The notes under the pieces are model-generated. The model was not told the origin of the DNA and did no database searches. It saw only the letters and a list, made by a program, of their open reading frames with translations. Both the position numbers and the translations under genes were made by a program. Below are positions 1-9,000 of a DNA stretch of 27,829 bases, in pieces (the first letter of the stretch is position 1; every line of letters begins with the position of its first letter). This DNA comes from Spirochaetales bacterium (GTDB taxonomy: Bacteria > Spirochaetota > Spirochaetia > JABEVK01), in contig JBAXAI010000044.1 in the NCBI GenBank assembly GCA_037142615.1, positions 1-27,829 on the forward strand, given 5' to 3'.

Positions 1-2
1 CG

Positions 3-3000
3 CTTCCCCAGCGCGGCCAGGCCAGTGACGCTCAGGTTGCCCGTCAGCGGTGTCGTTGCGCCAACCAACCCCGCCAGGCTTGCCGTCCCTGCCGTTCCCG
101 CATTCACAGTCAGCGCCACTCCGTTGTCGATGGCTTGGTTGACCGTGACGTTGGCGCCGACCGGCGAACCCGCCGCGTCGGTGGCGTCGAGGCTGAGGTT
201 TTTGGCATTCTGGTTGAGCAGGCCGGTGAAGGCGATGGTCGCTGCCTGCGTACGCACGGTCACGTCGTTGGCCGAAAGCTGCAGCGTGCCCGTTGGCGTG
301 GCGTCCCAACTCTGACTGCCACTCGTCCGGTACAGGGTAGGAGCCGAGGCACCCGTGAGTGTCGCAACCGGAAGGTGCCCGCTGGGGTCGGTCAGAGTCA
401 GGGCAACCGAGGTGGCGCCGGGGCCACCGGCGTTTCCGATCCCGTTCAGCGCGGCTTGGTTGGTCTGGATGGTCAACACTCCCAAGCTGGAAACCCCGCC
501 TAGGACGCCGCTCGCCGTCAGCTTGCCCTGGTCTCCCGAAGGGCCGGTCTTCACGGTGAGAGCTTTTCCGGCCCCGCCGGTGCTGTTGAGGGTCGAGCTG
601 AAACTGACCTGGGCGTCGGCGGCGAAGGTCACGGCGGTGCCGGTCTGCACCGTGACCCCGGTGGCCAGGAGGACGGGTCCCGTGACGCTCACGTTGTTGG
701 CGGCCAGGTTGTCGGTGAACACGTCACCGCGCAACGTCACCGAAGTGTCACCCCGCAGCGTGACGGTGTTGATATCGTTCTGCCCCGACACGCCGATCGG
801 CCCGACATCCAGCGTGGAGGTACCGGCGTTGAGGTTGACCGTCTGCTTCGTCCCAGGGTTGCCTTGCACACCGGCTTGGGCAGAAATGGCCCCCGCCGTG
901 GTCGACAGCACCAGGTTATTGGTGCTGCCAAGGGCTAGCTTTCCCGTGTTGAAACTCAGCGGCGCCGATGAAGTGCTGAAGGTGGTAGTCGCGCCGCTGG
1001 CGATCACGAAGGTGTTGCCAGCAGCGGCGCTCCACCCTTGCGTGCCCGTGGAAGCGTACGTGGTCCCCGAGAAGGTGGCAATTGTCGTTGCGCTGCCGGC
1101 CACCGACAGGGGTGCAGCGGTGTTCCCGACACTGGCGCCGAGCGACAAGGCTCCCCCGGCGACAAGGCTCAAGGTGTGGGTGTTGGCCGCACTGTCGTTG
1201 ATGGTCGAACCCGAGGCGAGTGTGATGCCGCCGGTTCCTGCCGAGGAGTCGATCGCCACGTTGCTCTGCAGGGTGACGGGCCCTGTGATGCTGACACCGA
1301 ACGCCCCGACATTGCTGGTGGTCAGGTTGCCGTGGAGGGCGATCCCATCCAAACCGTTGAGGGTGATGGACTTAAGGGCTGCCGTAGACGCCCCCAGGGC
1401 AATGGTTCGGTTGGAGGCGACCCCCGACGAGGTGTCGAGCGTCAGCGACTCGGAACTTGTGCCAGCGACGCCACCGAGGAGCGAGAGGGGCCCCTTCGAG
1501 TTGACCGTCAGGTGGGCACCAGCCGCGTTGAGCTGGATCCCGACCGTGGCGCTTCCGAAGGTCAGTGTCGCCGTGCTGAGGTTGGTCACTGTGCTCGCAG
1601 CGTTGAAGACCAGATTGTTGCCTGCCGCCGCCGCCAGGGTTGTGGCCCCAGCAAAGGTCTGCGCCGTCGAACCGACACCGAACACGACCTGGTTCGACGC
1701 GGTGACGCTGGACGTGCCCGCCACTCCGGCGGCAGCCGCGCTCGCGCCCACATTGCCGCCGAAGGTCGCGGTGTGGGCGGCGATGGTCAGGGCTCCAAGC
1801 GCCTTGGTGCCGCCAAGCACTCCGCCGATCGTCAGGTTGCCCGTCGCGCCGGCCGAAACGGTGAGGCGCTCCGGCGTGGCGTTGTTGGCGTCGAGGGTGC
1901 CCGAGAAGCTCACGTCGTCGTTGGCCGCGCCGTTGGTGGTCAGCGTTGCCGTGAGCCCGGCTCCCGTCCTTAGGACGACGGGTCCGGTGAAACCCAAGGC
2001 CGGGCTGGTTGTCGTCGTGGTCGAGGTGTAGGTACTTCCGTTCAGATTGGTGGCGGTCGTCGCTGTGTAAGCCTGTGCCCCGTTCGTAAACACATTGTTC
2101 ACACCGATCGTGGTGCCTTTGGCCGTGAAGGCAGCCAACCGCTTGAGGGCGCTGCCCCCGGTCGCGTCGGTGCCGACGACCCCGCCGACGGTGACCGTGC
2201 TCCCCGAACCTGCGCTGGCATCGAGCGTGAGCGTTCGGGCAGCCACACCGTCGCTATTGATGGTACCGGTCACCGAAATCGCGTTTCCAGCCACGTTGCC
2301 CGTGGTGATGGTCAGGTTGGCGGCCAACGTCAAGTTACCGGTGATGGTGACGGTATTGCCCACGTTGGTATCGGTGGCGAGGTTGCCGTTCAAGGTGACG
2401 CCGGTGACCGCGTTGCTCGTCAGGGAAATGGCGTGGATGTTGGCCGTCATCGCACCGGCCGTCACGGTGCCGGTTCCCGAGGCAGTCAGCGTGACGTCTT
2501 CCGAGCTCGATCCGGCGATGGCCACGGTGGCGAGATTTCCGGTGCCTGTCGTCGTGGCGTTCAGGTTCGTCCCGGCGGACAGCAGGACGGGATTCGTCGT
2601 GGTGGCGCCCAAGGTGAGGTTGGCCGCCGCCGCGAAGTTCACCGGCGAACCCGCCTGCAGGAAGACTTGCCCGGTGGCGGCGTTGGTGTCGTACGACTGC
2701 GCACCGCTGGTCCGGTACTGGGTTCCGGTCAACTTGACGGCGGCAGTGGCCGTCTTGTCGTACCCGAGCACGGTCACGGTGGCGGCTCCAACCGCTGGTG
2801 CCGAAGTGCCGATGTTGGGCAAGGACAAGTCGTTGCCGTGCACGGTAAGCGCGTTGAGCGCCAGTGACGATCCGATGGGGCCGGCGATTGTCACCTCGTT
2901 GTCGAGTGCTGAGGCCGAGTTCACGGTCAGGCTGTGCGCAGAGCCGGAGCTGTCGACCTTGCCCGAAAAGGCCAGCGTCCGGAGGACCGTCGGGGCGGTA

Positions 3001-6000
3001 ATCGACACGGTGGCATCGGCGACCAGCAAAACGTCTTTGCCAAGGGTGAGGTTGGCGTCGACGGTAGAGACCAGGGGGGAAGCCGCACCGTTGAGCAGAA
3101 TCGACCCTGCGGGAACCAGCGACAACGAGCCACCGGTGGAGGCCAGCGCCGCTGTCACCGTGATATTGCCTGCGCCGGAAATCGCGCTGAGGTTGCCAGC
3201 CACGGTGCCATACAGCGCGTAGCCCCCGGCCGAGTTCAAGCTGACGTTGCCACCGCTGACCAACTGCACCGCTGTGAGCGTGTTGCTGGCGCCATTGGTC
3301 GACCAGTCGATGTGGTTGTTGTTGGCCGTGAGCTTCACCGAGGTGCCGGCGACAAGGGCGCCCACCGACTGGGTCACCGAGTTCGGGGTCCCGGCGTTCA
3401 TTTGGAAATCGAGGGTGCCGGTGGCGGTTCCCGACTTCAGGGCGACCACATTGAGGTTGGTCGGCGCGGCCAGGTAGGCGATGGCTCCGGCACTGTTGGC
3501 TGCCCCCGCGCTGGTCTGGGTTTGCAGGTCGAGCGACCCCGAGGTGTTGGCTACGGTCGCCAGCGACACGTTGGCACCAGCGTTCAACTGGGTCCGCACC
3601 GTGAGCAGGTTGGCCGGGCCAACATTGATGGCCTTGGTCTGACTCACGGCTCCGGTGGTGGTGAGCGCAAAATCCTGATTGGTGGTGGTGACACCGTCAT
3701 TGGCCAGGTTGACCACGTGATCCACCGACACGGCCCCCGTGGAATACACCGACACGGCGCCCAACGAAGTGTTCACCGCCAGCTTCGCCAGGGCGTTCGA
3801 GGTATTGGGCAGCGCAAAGCCGGCCGCCGAGGCCCCGACCAACTCAAGGCCTCCGGTGGTGGTAATTTGCCCTGGCGCAGTGCCGGTCTGGGTCAGACCA
3901 CCGGTACCCGTGTTCAGGTACACCGTGCCCGAGCCCGCCACGAGCGACTGCGAGAAGGTCAACAGGCCGTTTGAGGTCAGCGCCACGTTCTGATTGCCAG
4001 AGGTGACGCCGCTGGTGGCGCCGACGGTACCCACCGTGAGGGCCCCTCCGGTGACAAACGTCAACGTCCCGCCGGTAGTGTTGGTCGCCAGGAGAGGCAC
4101 CGCGTTGGCGCTCCCGAGCGACAGGGCCGTTGAGTAGCTACCCGTCACCTGAAGCCCGTTGGCCGTGAGGGCGGCCGACTCGGTGATGCCTCCATCGGTG
4201 GTGTTGGCCAAGGTGATCAGGCCGGTGCTAGAGGTTCCCGCAGTGACGGTGGCTCCCAAGTTCAGGCCGTGCACCGAACTGAAAGTGACATCGCTGTTGT
4301 TGCCCGCTCCCGACGAGGTCGTCGACACCGCCCCGGACACGCTGAGGACCGAAGCGCCCGAGTTGGTCACCGACAAGGCCGCGCTGCCTCCGGCGTGGCT
4401 GGTGGTGAACCCCGCGACGGCCGCGACCGCGTTGGAGCCAGTGCCCGTCGCGACCAAGGTGACCGCATTGCCGGTGGATCCGGCGACCTGATCGACCACG
4501 AGCGAGGTGTTGAGGGCCTGCGAAACGGCACCGGTCACGTCGGCAGCACCCAGACCCAAAGTGAGCCGTGCCCCGGCCGCACTCGCGGTGATGGTGCCCA
4601 AAGTGACCGTACTGGCCGTTTGCAGCGTAACGGCCGAGCTCGTGGCGTTGGTCGTGGTGAGCGACGCCTTTGTCAGGTCGAGGGCCGAACCACCGGCGTT
4701 GACAACGATCGCGCCCGAGCCGGCGTCCCAGGTGACGGCAGAGGTGGTGGCCGACACCGCGACGCCTTGCACGCTGATCGAAGCGGCAGTCAGGTTGCCG
4801 TTGGTGTTGACCGCTCCGGCGGATACGGCCGAAAAAGCGCCGCCCGCCGACACCACGCCGTAGGTGATGGCCCCCGCGTTGTCCACCGTGATCGGATTGG
4901 CCCCGGTGTTGGCGAGGGTGACGGTACCGCCAAAGGTGTTGGCGGCATTGGTCCACGAGAGGGCATTGGCACCCCCGGTGACGTTCGTTGTCCCCGTGAC
5001 GGCCAACTTCCAGGTACCCGCCGCGTCGGCCAGCGAGGCCGGCGTGGTGGTGCCCACCGTGAGGTTTCCGCCCGCCGCCAAGTCCGACAGCAACGACCCA
5101 CCTTGGGCAACCACCAGATGGTAAAAAGGATCGCTCCCGGACTTGATGGTCGCCCCCGCCGAGGTCAGCGTGAAGGTCGAAGCTCCCGCCGTGAGCGCGA
5201 AGGTGCCGCTCGAGCTGTCCCAGTTCCCCGCGATCTGGTGGTTAAGTGCCCCCGCCACCAAAGTGCCCTGGGTCAACGTCAAACTGCCGGTCACCGTGAG
5301 GGCCTTGGCCGGTGTCACAGCATCACCGGGGGCCGACTTCGACAGGGTGAGATTCTTGAACGTGTAGGCGCCTATTGCCCCGGTTCCCAGGGCTGCGGCT
5401 CCTGCCGTCCCGTTGGAGAGCACCACAGTTCCGTTCGCTGGGGTAAAGCTCGTGACAGTGAAATCCTGACCCACGGAAACGGTTTCGCTCCCCGTCGAGA
5501 CCAACGTGCCAGCACCCGTCAGCGTACCGGTCACCGTCAACGGCAGGCCGTTGGTGCTGAAGCTCACCGAAGCTCCCACGGTCAGGCTGGACGCCACGAG
5601 CCCCAGCGAGGAGCCGCCGATCGTCTTGGTGGTCGCCCCCCCGCCGTTTGCCAGCGTGACCGCGCCAAGATCCTGCAGGTTTCCAAACGGCGTGTTCAGG
5701 TCGGTGAAGGTGCCGGTGGTCACGGTGCTGCCACCAAGGGTCAGGGGTCGGCCGTTGTTCACGTACAAGCCCGTGGCGGCGATGTTCAGGTCATGGAGGA
5801 CCGTGAGGGACGAAGCGGCCTGGGGCGTCACGGTCTTCCCGGCAGGAATGGTGAGATCGTACAGGCTGAGGTTCCCGGTGACGTTGCCGCCGAGCGAAAC
5901 GTTCTTGTTGTTGAAGGCCAGCGATCCCGCTGTTTGGCTCACGGCTCCCGAGACGACGAGGGTACCCCCGGCGGCGGTGCTGTCCCACGTGACGCTTCCA

Positions 6001-9000
6001 CCCGAAACGGCCAAGGACGCGAGAGTCTGCGCCGAACTGACCCCCGTCTGGGTAAAGGCTCCGGCGCTGACCGACATCGCTCCGGTCGCAAAGGCCGTCG
6101 CTCCGGCGGTCAGGCTACCACCGCTGACAGTCACCGTGGCCAAACCGGCATTCAGCGCCGCCGCCAAGGCCAACGTTCCCGACTGCACGTCGAGCGACGT
6201 GCCGATGGTCATCGCTGCGGTCGAAGTGGCGGTGCCCGAGGCCTTGTTCACGACGACGTTTTGGAGTGTGGAAGTCGAGAAATCGAGGCTTTGGGCCGCC
6301 GTTCCGGTGAGGTTTAGCGTCCCGGCCCCCGAGAAACTGAGCAGCCCGCCGGTCTGGGTCAAGTTCGACTCCAGAGCAAGGTTGTTCGCGCCGAGAGCCA
6401 GGGTGCCGCTGGTCAGGGTGAGGGCGCCCAGAGGCGTGGTGGCCCCGAGAGAGGCCGAGGCCGTCCAGGTGCCGCTGCCCAGAACCAGCGTCAGGCCATC
6501 CACGCCAGCAACGGCGGCTTCGAGGACAGCCCCCGACGTGACATCGGCGTTGGCCGTGGTGAAGGTCGGAGTGGTGCCTAGGAGGATCGGACCCGCCAGC
6601 GCGATGCCGGTACCCGAAGTGAGCGAGGTCGTGTAGTTGCCGCTGAGCGTGGTCGAGGTACTGGCAGCCGAGCCTAGCGTTTGTGCCAAGCTGGAAAAGA
6701 CCGATTGCAGGGTGATCGTTCCGCCTGCAGTGGTATCGACTGTCACGGCACCCAGGCGGGCCCCGTTGCTGCCGAGATTGCCACCGAGGGTCGTGGCGCC
6801 GGTTCCTCCGTGAATGGTCAGATCCATCCCGGTTCCGGTCACCCCGGAGAGTCGGACCCGGCCCGTACCCGCCGTCGCGCTGAGCGTGGTCGCCGAGGTC
6901 AGCGCTGTCGTGGTGGTCTGGAAGTCGAGCGTGCCCGTCGTGGCGGAAATTGCTCCGCCCAGGCTCTTGGAGCTCGGTGCGGTGGCCGTAGCGCCGGCAC
7001 CGAAGGTGAAACCAGCAGGAAGGGTGAGAGTCCCAGTGTTGAGGAAGGTGACCGCGTTCGCCACGCTTCCGCCCGAGGTCAGGCTGAGGCTGAAGGCGTT
7101 TCCCAAGGTGGTGAGCGAGGTGGCAGACAGCGCAGTTCCCGAAAACGCAATCGAGCCCGCGGTGTTGTTCAGGTTGACCGTTGCGATGACCGACGCGGGA
7201 GGAGTCACCGAGACCGCCCCGCTGGCGGCCACGGTCAAGGTTGTCAGGCTCGAAGCCGTGAAGTCTGCCGTCTGTGCCGCTCCATCGAGGGTGACGGTTG
7301 ACGCGCTGGTAATCCACCCAGAGGTTGGCGTGACATTTCCTGCCACAGCCAAGGTTTGCGCCCCCATGGCCAGGGTGCCGCTGGTGAGAGCCAAGTTTCC
7401 AGCCAAGGTGAGGCTCCCCAAGGCAGACACCGTATTGCCGCCCCCTGCGGCAACCGCAAGGTTCCCCAGCGTGAACCCGGCCGTAAGGTTCGCCGTCGAA
7501 CCAACACTCAGCGTCGAGTTGGTCGCAGTGCCGCCGAAGGTTCCGGACAGCGCGACGTCGCCTGTGGCCGTGATGGTGTTTACGGCCGTGTTGGTAATGG
7601 TGCCGGTACTCGTCACAGCGCCCGAGATGAGGTCGCCCGACGTGTCGAGGGTGCCGCCGTTGCTGAACGAGGCGGTCGTCAGAGTCCGGCCCGCCGGCAG
7701 GATCAGGGTTCCAGCGGTGATGGTGGTGGCCCCCGAAGTGGTGACGTCTGCGCTCATGGTCAGGGTTCCCGAGTTGACCGTCAGCGTCGTGATCGAGGTG
7801 CCGCCCAAGCTGACCTTTCCGGTGGTCGTGATCGCCCCCGCGACCGGGTCAGTTACTACGATGCCCGTCGCTCCTGCTCCTCCGTTAATCGTCACCGAAG
7901 TTCCTACCGTCAGCGTCCCGACCGTCCCGCCCGCTCCGGTCGCTGTCACCACCCCGCTGGTCGTGGTGATCAGGTCCGCTGTCCCGGCGTAGGTCGCGAA
8001 GCTCAGAGTGTTCCCCGCCAGCGCGATCGTTCCGCTGTTGGTCACCGCTCCGCTGGCCGTCAGGTTGCCGCTGGCCGTCAGAGTGCCGCTGTTGTTGAGC
8101 GTGCCTATCCCGAGGCCCTGGAGCGTCACCAGTCCCGTTGTCACCAGGTTTCCGGCCACCGCGTTGGTCACCACGATGCCCGTCGCCCCGCCGTTGATCG
8201 TCGCACCGGTGGTCACCGTCAGCGTAGCGATCGTTCCGCCGGTTCCGGTGGCTGTCACCACCCCGCTGGTGGTCGTGATCACATCCGCTGTCCCGGCGTA
8301 GGTCGCAAAGCTCAAGGTGTTCCCGCCCAGCGCGATCGTCCCGCTGTTGCTGATCGCGCCGGCCGAGGTCAGTGCCCCGCCGAGCGCCAAGCTTCCGGCT
8401 GTCACGGTAACGGTGGACGCATTCACGACTCCGCCAAGCGTCAGCGACCCGCTGGTCACTGTCAGGGCTCCAACGGTTCCCGCAGGGACAGACACCACCC
8501 CGGTGCTCGTCAAGGCTGGAGCCAGCGTGTAGGCAGCGGCCGTCACGGTTAGTCCCGCGCCGCCGTTCAACGCCACCGAGGTCGTGACAGTCAGGTTGGC
8601 GATCGTCCCGGTCGCGGTGATCGTCCGGGCCGTGGCCAACAGCGTTCCGGACACGGAGATCGCACCGGCGGTCAGGTTGTCGACCAGCGTCACGCTGCCA
8701 CCCACCGACATGGCGCCAAGGTTATTCCCTGCACTGGTCAGGTCCGTCGTGCCGCTGAGAGTGAACGTCCCCAGGCCCTTGGTGAAGCCGGCGGCGACCA
8801 AGGTGGCCGTTGCGCCGCTCACCGTCACCGTCTTGCCTGCGGTCTGCCCGCTGGCATCGATCACACCCGAGGCGCCTTCGGTCAGCACGCCCGCACTCAG
8901 GCTGTTATCTCCTGTGGTCAGGGTCACTCCGGTCACGCCTAGCGTTCCCGACACGACGACATTGCCGGTCATCGTCGTGGCACCCGTCACCGTCAGGTTG